From: the human T2T-CHM13v2.0 reference genome, Homo sapiens
Direction: 5' to 3' (one strand)
NCBI RefSeq assembly: GCF_009914755.1
Contig: NC_060941.1
Length of the DNA stretch: 64,000 nucleotides
Numbering within the stretch: position 1 is the first letter of the stretch; each line of letters starts with the position of its first letter. Below, one piece after another: positions 1 through 21,040 of the stretch. The position numbers were made by a program, and so were the translations under genes. The notes beneath the pieces were generated by a model that was not told the origin of the DNA, made no database searches, and worked only from the letters and a program-made list of their open reading frames with translations.

Positions 1-40
1 AATATAGTCACTATGTTCCTCTATTAAAGTAGTAAGAACT

Positions 41-399
<359 letters not shown>

Positions 400-474
400 T
401 TAAATCCCTTCTACCACTCTACATCTAGTATGTCTAAGTATTTGCTATTATTTAGCAACCCTTTAAATTCTATC

Positions 475-952
<478 letters not shown>

Positions 953-1143
953 TAGCTGGAATTACCGGCGCGCACCATCATGCCTGGCTAATTTTATTAT
1001 TTTTAGTAGAGATGGGGTTTCACCATGTTCGTCAGGCTGGTTGCAAACTCCTGACCTCATGATCCGCCTGCCTTGGCCTCCCAAAGTACTGGGATTACAG
1101 GTGTGAGCCACAGTGCCCGGCCATCTTTTTGTTTTTTTCTTAA

Positions 1144-1442
<299 letters not shown>

Positions 1443-1484
1443 TAATTATCTTTAGAAACCAAAATAAAAGAATTGGTGGGGTAG

Positions 1485-3225
<1,741 letters not shown>

Positions 3226-3712
3226 CAGTACGCTTTTAGTAAGGTTTTCACAAACTACCTCAGGAGGGAAGATTATTAATGGGCAAAGTTTAAATAATTT
3301 ATATATATATATATATATAGTACATGTCTTTAAAACATATATAGGTACACGTTTTCTTCCTCTTCCTTTCCTTTGTTGAAAGAGTCAGTTCTAAAGCCAT
3401 TAGGAGGGGCATAGAAAGGTAGGTATCAATGCCAGGTTAGAGGTTGGGTGCAGAGGCTTGAACAATACGTCGGAGTCCAAGCAGAGTGAGGAGAGGACCC
3501 TTGAGGAGGGTGACCTAGCAGGAGATACTGGGATACAAGCAGGGTGAATGGGCAGCCTTGGGTAGAGTGTCAAAGTAAGGTGAGAAGGGCATCCACACAG
3601 AGGATAAACCTAGTGCGGGCTTTAGAACCCAAGCAGGACTTTGTCCGTGCAACAGGAGGAAGGTGGCATGGCATGAAGTGCCCAAACCCAATGAAGTGAA
3701 GAGGGGATCTTT

Positions 3713-3722
3713 GAGAGAGAGT

Positions 3723-3775
<53 letters not shown>
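3713..3775. repeat. (GA)n microsatellite
   Basis: About 31 GA units with two interruptions. Confidence 0.97.
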
Positions 3776-3776
<1 letters not shown>

Positions 3777-3999
3777 AACTGTAGAGCGAAATTGGTTAAA
3801 ATCAGGGGAACTGAGTAAATAATAAAATACATTAACCATAATAAAGATGGGCAAGGTGGCTCATGCCTGTAATCCCAGCTTTTGGAAAGGCCAAGGTGGA
3901 TCACTTGAACCTTAGAGTTCAAGGTTACAGGGAGCTGTGATCATGCCATTGCAGTCTAGCCCGGTTAACAGAGCAAGATCCTATCTCTAAAAACAAAAA

Positions 4000-4580
4000 A
4001 ACATGAACCACAACAGAAGTTAGGTTTCTGTTACAAAGGGAGATGTGAATCTGGAAAGGGAGAAAACTAGACTAAATTATGCAGTGTTGGATTGGAATTG
4101 GAAATATCAGTGTATTAATAGAAACATAGTTATCAATATATACAGATATAAACATACATGTAAATTGTGTACATATATACACGTGTTCATCTACATATAC
4201 ACACACACACACACACACATTTTTTTCTTTCCCCCCGAGCTCTGTCTACTAAGAGGGCCTGGAGCAATAACCCCTCAATGGCAATGGTATTTAACTCCCA
4301 GATACTGGCTTCTAAACATTTCTTTCTAGTAGAAGGAATCAGGGCTCCTTGGAGAAATAGGGCAGAGAAAATGTACGATGAGCCTGGAACACCTTGTGAT
4401 AGAAAGCAAGTGAGTGCTCAAAGAATGATGGGGACACGTCAAAAAGTCATGGTAACCAGCTTGAAGGGGCTTCCACTGGCCAAATCTGGGACAACCTGAA
4501 TATGAAAACAAACGAGAGCAATGAATTACAATTTACTAAATAAAAAAGGGAAGCCATAAGTTCAGACTGATGTAAATTAA
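4000..4580 (+). mobile_element. Old L1MC-like 3' UTR fragment
   Basis: Shares motifs with 16220-16420 (gggctccttggagaaata, aacaccttgt, gtgctcaa-gaatgatggg, ccactggc-aaatctg), as expected for copies of one L1MC family. Contains (CA)n near 4200-4218. Confidence 0.6.
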
Positions 4581-4782
4581 TAAACTGAAGTTTAAGAAGA
4601 ATGGGACGGCTGGGCACGGTGGCTCACGCCTGTAATCCAAGCACTTTGGGAGGCCAAGGCGGGGGTGGGCCACCTGAGGTCAGGAGTTCGAGACCAGCCT
4701 GGCCAACATGGCGAAAGCCCGTCTCTACTGAAAATACTAAAAATGAGCCGGGCATGGTGCTGGGCGCCTGTAATCCCAGCTA

Positions 4783-4890
<108 letters not shown>

Positions 4891-5559
4891 TCATTTAAAA
4901 GAAAATGAAGACAAGAATAATTAACCAAACATAAGATGTTCTTGGATAGCATAATTTAATATCTTAGAAGATACCAATACTTCCCAATGTAATTTAATTT
5001 CCTGATTAAATGTCCAATATATGAATTGAATCCAAACAGATTTTTGCTTAACGAAAAAAATTGATTCTGAAGTTGATATGGATGAAAAATGTGTGAAAAT
5101 CACCAAGAACTTATTAAAAAAGACAAAGAAGAGCTGCTTTTCTTTCCCCCCATGAGACAGAGTCTCACTCCATCACCCAGGGTGGAGTGCAGTGGTGCTA
5201 TCTTGGCTCACTGCAACCTCCGCTTCCGGGGTTCAACTGATTCTCCTGCCTCAGCCTCCTGAGTAGCTGGGATTACAGGCATGTGCCACCATGCCTGGCT
5301 AATTTTTATATTTTTAGTAGAGATGGGGTTTCACCATGTTGGCCAGGCTGGTCTTGAACTTCTTACCACGTGATCCGACCGTCTCTGCCTCCCAAAGTGC
5401 TGGGATTACAGGCGTGATCCACCGTGTCCGACCAAGGTGCTTATTAAAATGTACAAAAATTACTGAATTCCAAATAATATGGTGATTATAAAGAAGGAAA
5501 AAAAATGATGGAACAAAACAGGGCATCCAGAAAGGCCCCAGATACATGTAGGAATTTAA

Positions 5560-5811
<252 letters not shown>

Positions 5812-6936
5812 TAGCCGGGATGGTCTCGATCTCCTGACCTAGTGATCCGCCCTCCTCGCCTCCCAAAGTGCTGGGATTACAGGCGTGAGCCACCGCTCGC
5901 GGCCTCACTTTCAAATTAGTAGGAAAATAATGAATTATTTAGTAAATGGTGTTAGGAAACCTCATATTTGAAGAATGTAAAATCCCTGCCCTCAAGCCAT
6001 ATAAAAAAAAATTCCTATGATAGCTTTATTGGCAAAATGTTGACAATTATTGAAGTGGGGTAACAGGAGTTTCATTATACCATGTTGTCTACTTTTGTGT
6101 TCGTTGGAGTTAAGAATTCCATGAGAAAGAGTAGATTTTAGTGGATAAGAACAAAGGAAGGCAGGTTGAGTTTTTGGAGTATGCCTAAAGAATGAGAAGC
6201 TGGTCTGCATCTTTGATAGGATGTGGTAAGAATCCTCAACAATAGTCTAAGACTATCAGAATTCCACATAGCCAAGTCCTTGGAAAGCCCTTAACCTTAA
6301 AAGTGTTCTGTGCCACTAAATTTTCTGTTACGAACATTTTACCACAATTAAAAAAACAAAACAGGCCAGGCACGGTGGCTCACGCCTGTAATCCCAGCAC
6401 TTTGGGAGGCCAAGGCAGGCAGATCACCTGAGATCGAGAGTTCGAGACCAGCCTGACGAACATGGAGAAACCCTGTCTCTACTAAAAATACAACATTAGC
6501 CAGGCTTGGTGGCGCATGCCTGTAATCCTAGCTACTCAGGAGGTTGAGGCAAGAGAATCGCTTGAACCAGGGAGGCGAAGGTTTCAGTGAGCCGAGATCA
6601 TGCCACTGCACTCCAGCCTGGGCAACAAGAGCCAAACTCCATCTTAAACAAACAAACAAACAAACAAAGCAAAAACCTTCTGTACCATAATGCTGAAATA
6701 GTTCATAAGCAACTTCCTCTTCTTCTTAAATAAACCCAGAAACTCCCTAAAAAAGAAGCTCATAGCAAAATGTAAGCGGAAATCTCCTTATTAAAATACT
6801 GAGAAGTCTTTGTTATTTCCAACTTAACAATCAGCAAAAATTTTATTACAAGACAATATTAAAAAGAATTCTGAGCCGGGTGTGGTGGCTCACGCCTGTA
6901 ATCTCAGCACTTTGGGAGGTCGAGGCAGGCAAATCA

Positions 6937-7239
<303 letters not shown>

Positions 7240-8518
7240 CTACATTCTAAGATTACCTTACAAAATGGCCACTAAAGCCCAATGAAGAGAGATTTAAAAA
7301 GGATAGCAGGGCTGGGCACGGTGGCTCACGCCTGTAATCCCAACACTTTGGGAGGACGAGGTGGGCGGATCACAAGGTCAGGAGTTTGAGGCCAGCCTCG
7401 CCAACTTGGTGAAACCCCATCTCTACTAAAAATACAAAAATTAGCTGGGCGTGGTGGTAGGCACTTGTAATCCCAACTAGTCAGGAGGCTGAGGCAGGAC
7501 AATTGCTTGAACCTGGGAGGCAGAGGTTGCAGTAAGCCGAAAGCATCTGGCCTGGGCAACACAGCAAGACTCCATATCAAAAAAAAAAAAAAAAAAAAAA
7601 ACTATAGCAGAGGGCAGAACTGGGAGGAGGTAGTGAAGGCCAGAAAAAAAAAAAAAATAGAACAGCAGGGACATAAATCTTTTCATTATTATTTTTAAAA
7701 TAGAGACCGGGTCTCGCTGTTGCCCAGGCTGCTCTCGAACTCCTGGCCTCAAGCAATCCTCCCACGCCAACTTCCCAAAGTGCTGAGATTGCAAGCATGA
7801 GCCACTGTGCCTAGCCAATCCTTTTACTAAGTCTAATACTGTGTATTACACTTACTTTGACGGGCTGATTTTAATTGAAAAACACACAGATGGTAATATA
7901 CATACTGTAAAAAGTCCCTTCTGTCCTTGAGACAGTCACTGTTGCTTATTTATTTTCCCATGAATTTTCTGTCCCTACAAACAACATACATACACGTACA
8001 CACAGATTTTGTTTCTTATATAAACTAGTTTTGTAACTTGCTTTGTTGACACAATAGATATGCAAATAATTTTTTATCAAATACTGTCTGCCTCTTGAAG
8101 AATTCTGTGCAAAATTTGGTAGATCAACTATCTATACTTGCCTTGTTAAAAATCAACTTAAATTTTTTTGGTATCAAGTAAAAATAATTAAAAAAATATG
8201 TTTATAGCTACTTTAAAATTTTAAAAACCCTTTAATTTTTGGAGGTGGATCTCTATTTGATCATACTTGCCTGTCTGCCTTCATCCATTCCCTCCTTCCT
8301 GAAGACAGTAACAGAGGCATAAAAGATAAGTGGTATATACTGACCTCACAGCACGGTTTACCAACTTCTGACTCTAAATATTTCACACATAACTATTAGC
8401 ATAAGAGGCTTTTGAATATAACTTGTATTATACAGATGGAAATATTAAAGCTTAGACTGATTTCTGATAGTGCCCTGTCCAGAATGTCTAGTATGAATTT
8501 TTTTTTTTTTTTTTTTGA

Positions 8519-8737
<219 letters not shown>

Positions 8738-9039
8738 TGATCCACTGGCCTTGGTCTCCCAGAATGCTGTGACTACAAGCCGTGCTCGGCCCAGTATGAA
8801 TACTCTACAACAAAAAGTGACTAACAGCCACACGTAACTCAGAAGACAATATATAGTTTTAATAAAAATCTTTATTTCATATTTTTATGATTGCATTTGC
8901 TAAGTTCTTTTTTTGTTTTTTTCTCTGAAAGAAACTAGTATGTATTTGTTAAGTTCTTGGTTGCCTATAAAACAATTCTGCTCCAAAATATACAGTGAAC
9001 ATAAGTGAAAACTTAAGAATACTCCCAGTATATTTTTGA

Positions 9040-9153
<114 letters not shown>

Positions 9154-9399
9154 TGAGACCAGCCTGGCCACCACAGTAAAACCCCATCTCTACTAAAAAT
9201 ACAAAAATTAGCCGGGCACGGTGGCAGGCACTTGTAATCCCAGCTAGTCGGGAGGCTGAGGCAGGAGTTGGAGGTTGAACCTGGGAGTTGAACCCAGGAG
9301 TTGGAGGTTGCAGTGAGCCAAGATTGCACCATTGCACTCCAGCCTGGCAACAGAGCTAGAATCTGTCTCAAAAAAAAAAAAAAAAGAAAAATCAGTCTA

Positions 9400-9720
<321 letters not shown>

Positions 9721-10693
9721 CTATAGTCATTTCCTGAAGTAAGCGTACTATGACTGAAACTACCTGATTCAATGTTTGAATTTAGTACAAGGAAATCAGT
9801 TACCATATTCCTAAAAAATCAGTAATAATTGGTAATTCTAAGATAAATACTCAAATCTGTCCCAGTTAGAACCAGCAGTAGATATTTCATTTGAACTTGA
9901 ATTAATTCTTGATTTGATAATAATAATGTCTTGCTACAAGACTAACCACAAGACCAAATGCCTAGGCCGAGCATGGTGGCTCATGCCTGGAAGGCCAAGG
10001 CAGGAGGATCACTTGAGGGTAGAAGTTCGTGATCAGCCTGGAAAACATAGTGAGACACTATCTCTACCAAAAAAAAAAAAAAAAAAAAAAAAAAAGCCAT
10101 GCCCCATGCTTAATTTCAGTTGTTTCATGTGTGCATATGTGTTTTGTGGGGAAATAATTATTTTTAAAATACTTTGAGACTAACAGACTAAAATATTCAA
10201 ATGTATAATTATATGGAAGTGAGCTGTTTTACAATTAAATAAATTCTTTAGGTAATGACATATGCATCAACATATTAAACTCCCAAAAAGTTTACAAAAA
10301 GCTGCTGTTTCTCCAGAACATCTAAGGTGAATACATAAACTGAGTATTAAAATGTATGTAACCTGATACCTGTGAACATATAAATTTTTAATTAAAAAAT
10401 TTTTTAATTTGACTAAATACTAAGATTGAGAAGTGTATAAAAGTTAAGTGGATCGTTATATTGAGTAGTTGATTACAAATTCTCATGAGTAGAATACTCC
10501 CGTTTACCTTGTCCAGATGCTCAAGCACTCTGTGTTAACTACTGGGGGTTGTGAGAATTCTCTCTTTCAGATAGGTAAAGCATGTTTTGATAGGAACACA
10601 TATCTATAATGAGTAAAATAATGAAACTACTTCTGTAACCCACATAGGAAATAAAAAAAACAAACAACAAAACTCAAAAGTTAACCTCATTAA

Positions 10694-11080
<387 letters not shown>

Positions 11081-12059
11081 TAGCCAGGATGGTCTTGATC
11101 TCCTGACCTCGTGATCCGCCCGCCTCGGCCTCCCAAAGTGCTGGGATTACAGGTGTGAGCCACCACACCCAGCCTTAACCTCATTAATTCACAGCTTTCC
11201 AGAAAAAGCCAAGTCATTAGGTGTCCCTAAAGTTCTTAATTATATCCAGTACTGTGTCAGAGAGGAAATTCAGTAACAATATAAAATATCTGCTTTTCAG
11301 AAGCATATATTCTTGTTGAAGAAAACAGTAGACACTAGGCAGCTTATTAAGCAACATAATGTGTGACCTGAAAATATAGGTGCTATTGAAAGTAATGAAA
11401 CAATGAGATCAAGATGGGTGGGGACAGTTAAGAAGGGGGTTTTCTCTCATCACCTCTTTCTTCTTTACAATCTAATTCCGGTCTTTACTCAATTGCAATT
11501 GTACCTTGAAGAATACTACTGACTTAATTGTCAAGGCCTTACTATTCAAAGGCCTTTTTCAGTTTTCAATAAGCCTCACCCCCTTAAAATACAGGACACA
11601 CCGACCATTCCCTACTTATTAAGAATCTCTTCTCCTGGCTTCTCAGACACCACCTTGTTATGTCTTTAGTATACTTCTGTTTTCTTTTTTTTTTTTTGAG
11701 ATGGGTCTCGCTCTGTCGCCCAGGCTGGAGTGCAGTGATGCAATCTCGGCTCACTGCAACCTCCCAGGTTCAAGCAATTCTCTGCCTCAGCCTCCTGAGT
11801 AGCTGGGATTACAGGCACCTGCCACCACGCCTGGCTATTTTTTGTATTTTTAGTAGAGACGGGGTTTCACCATGTTGGCCAGGCTGGTCTCGAACTCCTG
11901 ACCTCGTGATCCAACCCCCTCCCCCCCCCCACCCCCTGGCCTCCCAAAGTGCTGGGATTAAAGGCGTGAGCCACCGTGCCTGGCCTATACTTCTGTTTTC
12001 AAATGAAGGCATGTCCCAAGATTTAGTTCTTATTCTTACACTTCACCGTGTACTAAAGA

Positions 12060-12433
<374 letters not shown>

Positions 12434-13778
12434 TGATCTGCCCGCCTCCCAAAGTGCTGGGATTACAGGCGTGAGCAATGGCGCCTGGCCCAGGTGTTTC
12501 TTAATAATATTAAAGAGGGATCACCTAACTACTATAAAAACATTTATAAAATTGTGAATTTAGAGTTTGGCAATTCATTTTTTTTTAAAGAAAACTGCAG
12601 AACAAGTAGACATTTCTCTTTTAATCCTCCAATTAAGTTGTGAAATGTATCAGGATAGAAATGTGACAACAGTGCATTGCAGCAAGGTTTGATCATTAAC
12701 TTACAAATTCTAATCTCCAGATGAAGATGAAATCTCTTAATCCAAATCCAACTGATAAAAAATGAATGTCAATGATGGCATTTGAGATTTAATACTCAAA
12801 AAAAGTCAAGGTCAAGAATCATTCTTTAGGCCAAGTGCAGTGGCTCACGCCTATAATCCTAGCACTTTGGGAAGTGCCAAGGAAGGTGGATGGGTTTGAG
12901 CTCAGGAGTTCTGAGACCAGCCTGGAGAATATGGCAAAACTCTGTCACTACAAAAAATACAAAAATTAGCCGGGCGTGGTGGCAGGCACCTGTAGTCCTA
13001 GTTACTCAGGAGGCTGAGGTGAGAGGATCACCTGACCCTGGGAAGCTGAGGCTGCAGCAAGCTGTGATTGTGCCACTGCAGTCCAGCCTGGATGACAGAG
13101 ACCCTGTCTCAAAAAAAATAGTAGTAATAATCATTCCTCAGACAAAACTCTTGTGAAATGACTCAAAATGAAGGATGAGAATGGGGTAGAAAGAAGGTTG
13201 GAGTGGAGAGACATATCTTTTAAGTAATACCTTTTTGTACAGATCTGACTCTTGAAATAACATGTTTTAAATAATCAAACATAAAATTGGTTTCACTTCT
13301 GGTCACGGCTGAGTAAGCTTCCACTGAACTAACCTTCCAGGTACAATTATAAATTGGGAATGAAATATTAAAAATTACCACCTGAATGTATTGGAAAGTG
13401 AACAAAAACAGGTAGATATTAAAGGGAGAGGGGAATGACAATTTCTAGTTTTACAGCATTTATCCTGAGGGCAGGTTATATTTGGGACCCTCAGAACATT
13501 TAGAAAATGGATAGAAACCTGCAAAGGAAAACTAGAGAACAGAATTTGGAGCAACCACATTGTAAATTGTAGAGAGATCCAATGTGAGGCAACATAAATT
13601 CTGTTCAAATTACTGACTGACCTCTGAACACTGCACGCACAGGGCAGACTCCAAGCAGCTAAGGGTAAAAGAATTTAACTTATATTTGAGCTGGCACCCA
13701 TGACAGGCAGTTTGGGTACAGCAAAGTTAACTATCTGCTAAAAAAAAATACACTGAATAAGGATAAGGAGAAAAATCC

Positions 13779-14187
13779 TGATATAGTTTGAATGTTTGTC
13801 CCCTTCAAGTCTCATGTTGAAATGTGATCCCCAATGTTGGAGGTGGGACCTAGTGAGAGGTATTAGATCATGGGGGCAGATCCCTCATGAATGGCTTAGT
13901 ACTACCCCCTTAATCATAAGTGAGTTCTCCTCCAGTTGTTCATACACGATCTGGTTGTTTAAGAGTCTGGGACTTCCCTCTTTTCTCTCTTCCTCTCTTG
14001 CCATGTGATAAGCAAGCTCCCCCTTTGCCTTCTGCCATGATTAGAGACTTCCTAACTTCTCACCAGGAGTAGACGCTAGTTTCTGGTATAGGCTGCAGAA
14101 TCATACGCCAAAAAAAAAAAACCTCTTTTCTTTATAAATTACCCAGTCTCAGGTATTTAATTATGGCAATGCAAACGGACTGACACA
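13779..14187 (+). mobile_element. MST-family (MSTB-like) MaLR solo LTR
   Basis: TG...CA termini, MST-typical start (tgatatagtttgaatgtttgtcccc) and end (tttataaattacccagtctcaggtat...ggactgacaca), perfect 5-bp TSD AATCC (13774-13778 and 14188-14192). Confidence 0.9.
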
Positions 14188-15179
14188 AATCCAAAACTGA
14201 ATACGAAAATAAATGAGTAAAACAAACTATATTCTAAATGAATAACCTAAAGAACTAATCAAAGTTAACTTAAAAAAAAATTCTTGGTCAGGTACAGTGG
14301 CTCATACCTGTAATCCCAGGCGTTCCAAGCCAGCCTGGGCAACATGGTGAAAACCCATCTCTACAAAAAAATACAAAAATTAGCTGGGTGTGGTGGCACC
14401 CACCTGTGATCCTAGCTACTAGGAGGGCTGAGGTGGGGGGATCACCTGAGACTGGGAATATCAAGGCTACAGTGAGCCATAATCACGCCAATGCACTCCA
14501 GCCTGCGTGACAGAGCAAGACCCTATTTAAAAAAAATTTTTTAGAGATGGAGTCTTGCTCTGTCACCCAGGCTGGAGTGCAGTGATGCTATCATATACCT
14601 CACTGCAGCCTCAAACTCCTGGCCTCAAGCAATCCTCTCGTCTCAACCTCCCAAGTAGTTAGGACTACAGGTGCACGCCACCACACCCGGCTAACATATA
14701 TACACACACGCTTTTGTAGAGACAGGGCTCTCACTATGTTGCCCAGGATGGTCTTGAACTCCTGGCCTCAAACAATCCTCCTGTCTTGGCTTTTTTTTTT
14801 TTTTTTTTGAAACAGGATCTCACTCTGTCACGCAGACTGGAGTGCAGTGGAGCATCTTGGCTCACGACAACCTCTGCCTCACAGGCTCAAGTGATTGTCC
14901 TGCCTCAGCCTCCCGAATAGCTGGGATTACAGGCATGTGCCACCACACTCGTCTCCACTAATTTTTTTATTTTTAGTAGAGACAACGTTTCACTATGCTG
15001 GCCAGGCTAGTCTTAAACTCCTGACTTCAAATGATCCACCCGCCTTGGCCTCCCAAAGTGCTGGGATTACAGACGCGAGCCACCGCACCCAGCCCTGTCT
15101 TGGCCTTTAAAAGTGTTGGGATTATAGCCATGCACCAACATACCCAGCCTCAAAGTTAACTTCTGAACTCAATATTTTC

Positions 15180-17751
<2,572 letters not shown>

Positions 17752-18036
17752 TTAAATTAGCCAGGTGTGATGGCACATGCCTGTAGCCCTAGCTACTAGG
17801 CTGGAATGGGAGAATTGCTTGAGTCCAGGAGTTTGAGGCTGCAGCAAACTATGATTGTGTCACCTGCACTCCAACCTGGGTGACACAGCAAGGCTCTGTC
17901 TCAAAAAAATCAAAAATAGGATGGGCGCGGTGGCTCATACCTGTAATCCCAGCACTTTTGGAGGTTGAAGCAAGCAGATCACCTGAGGTCAGGAGTTCAA
18001 GACCAGCCTGGCCAACATGGTAAAACCCTGTCTCTA

Positions 18037-18255
<219 letters not shown>

Positions 18256-20151
18256 TCATGCCTGTAATCCCAGCACTTTGGGAGGTTGAGGCAGGCGGAT
18301 CACATGAGGTCAGGAATTCAAGACCAGCCTGGCCAACATGGTGAAACCCCAGCTCTACTAAAACTACAAAAATTAGCCGGACATAGTGGCGTGTGTCTGT
18401 AATCCCAGCTACTTGGGAGGCTGAGGCAGGAAGACTGCTTGAACCTGGGAAGCGGAGGTTGCAGTGAGCCAAGATTACACCACTAACACTCCAGTCTGGG
18501 TGACAGAGCAAGACTCCATCTCAAAAATAATCAAATAAATAGATTAATTAAATAATTTGCTTTTAAAGAAAAAGAAAGAAAATGAGGGGCCAAACAGGGC
18601 CAAAGTCTCTCCCTGAGAGACTAAAACATCCAATGTACTCTAGAGAGTGTTTTTATTTTTCCTCCAGGAAATGGAACAATGAGCTTGACAATATTAAAAC
18701 AGATGACTATTAGGCAGAAACAAACCAGGGAGAAAATAACATCCTACAGAGAGGCAGCATCCAATTTACAAAAGGAGTACATGTACAAAGTTTGTAAATT
18801 CTCCAAGAGAGATAAATGATGGTTAATTTGCCAGGCAAGCCTTTAAAAATAAAATCCTAAATTACAATACTAGGTACTATGCAAAGAGCTTGGGCCTCAA
18901 ATCTTGTAGCATACCTGAATCAAAGTCCTTTTCCTCTGCCCACAAAAAGGACTCAACACAACAATCTCTCTCATGGGACTACACGCATGTGCCACCACAC
19001 CTGGCTAATTTTTATTTTCGTTTTGTTTTGTTAAGACAGAGTCTCGCTCTGCGCCCAGGCTAGAGTACAGTGGCATGATTTTTTTACAGCCTCCACCTCC
19101 GGGGTTCAAGCGATTCTTCTGCCTCAGCCTCCCAAGTAGCTGGGATTACAGGTGTGTGCCATCATGCCCGGCTAATTTTTGTATTTTTAGTAGAGATGGG
19201 GTTTTACCATGTTAGTCAGGCTGGTCTCGAACTCCTGGACTCAGATTTTCTGCCCGCCTCGGCCTCCCAGAGTGCTGGGATTACAGGTGGGAGGTATCAT
19301 GCTCAGCCTAATTTTTGTATTTTTTTGTAGATACAGGCTACTACTCTTTAAGTCACAGCTCATTTGTCTCATTTCTGGGGAAGCATTTTCTGAACTCTCC
19401 ATGCTAGGTTTAAAGCCCTACATGTGAGATTGCTATAATGCCCTAGGCAAAACCTCTTTTCTAGCTCTATATTGATTATTTCCATGCCTGTTCTCTCTAC
19501 TGCCCTGTGAGCTCCTTGAGGACAGTGATTGTTTATTTCTATCTTCAGCATAATGCCTGGAACACTGTAGGCACTCAACAAATGTTTGTATCCACATTAA
19601 AGTTTAAGGAAAGGTAATTTAATTATTTCTATACATCTAATGTCCCTCATAAAGAACATCGGTTGTCATCCCACATAGAGAAACTCTCCTAAATGACTAA
19701 ATCTGTTTGTCTCTTCATTAACTAAACAGCCCTGCACTGTAATGGTTTGAATATTTCTATTACCAGTTTTTGTATTTTATACTTTTATATTTAATCCATT
19801 TGGCCTGCTACAACAAAATACCTCAGACTGGGTAATTTATAAACAGCATAAACTCACTTTATGGTCTATGAGTAAAAAGTAGAACCAATGTAACAATACA
19901 TGCCTAACAATTTTATAGCATTTACTATGTGCCGAGCATTGTGTCCTCAATTAACAGCAAGTGTATGACAGAATCCAGGAAGTCAGATTGTAGAGTCCAT
20001 GTTCTTAACTATTAATGCTTTTCAAAGGAAGGAAAACACAGACTTGTATTTTTCCACACCTTCAACTCCTAGAATTTAAACCGAAGGAGAGGCTACAAGA
20101 AATATAAAACATTGTGTGCGAGCTTCTCTGAAATGAATATGAGATTGCACA

Positions 20152-20859
<708 letters not shown>

Positions 20860-21040
20860 GTATGAATTGCTGCCTTTTTCCTTTTTCTTTTTTAAGAGAT
20901 AGTGCCTAGCCATGTTACCCAGGCTGGTCTCTAACTCCTGGCCTGAAGCAATCCGCCTGCCTCAGCCTCCCAAGTAGCTCAGATTATAGGCCTGAGTCAC
21001 ACCTGGCTCTCTACTATTTTAGAAGGAAAAAAATTCAGCT

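Noticed and set aside
3515-3922. 135-aa and 94-aa ORFs with SLSLSL runs
   Set aside because: Produced by the (GA)n microsatellite plus an Alu fragment.
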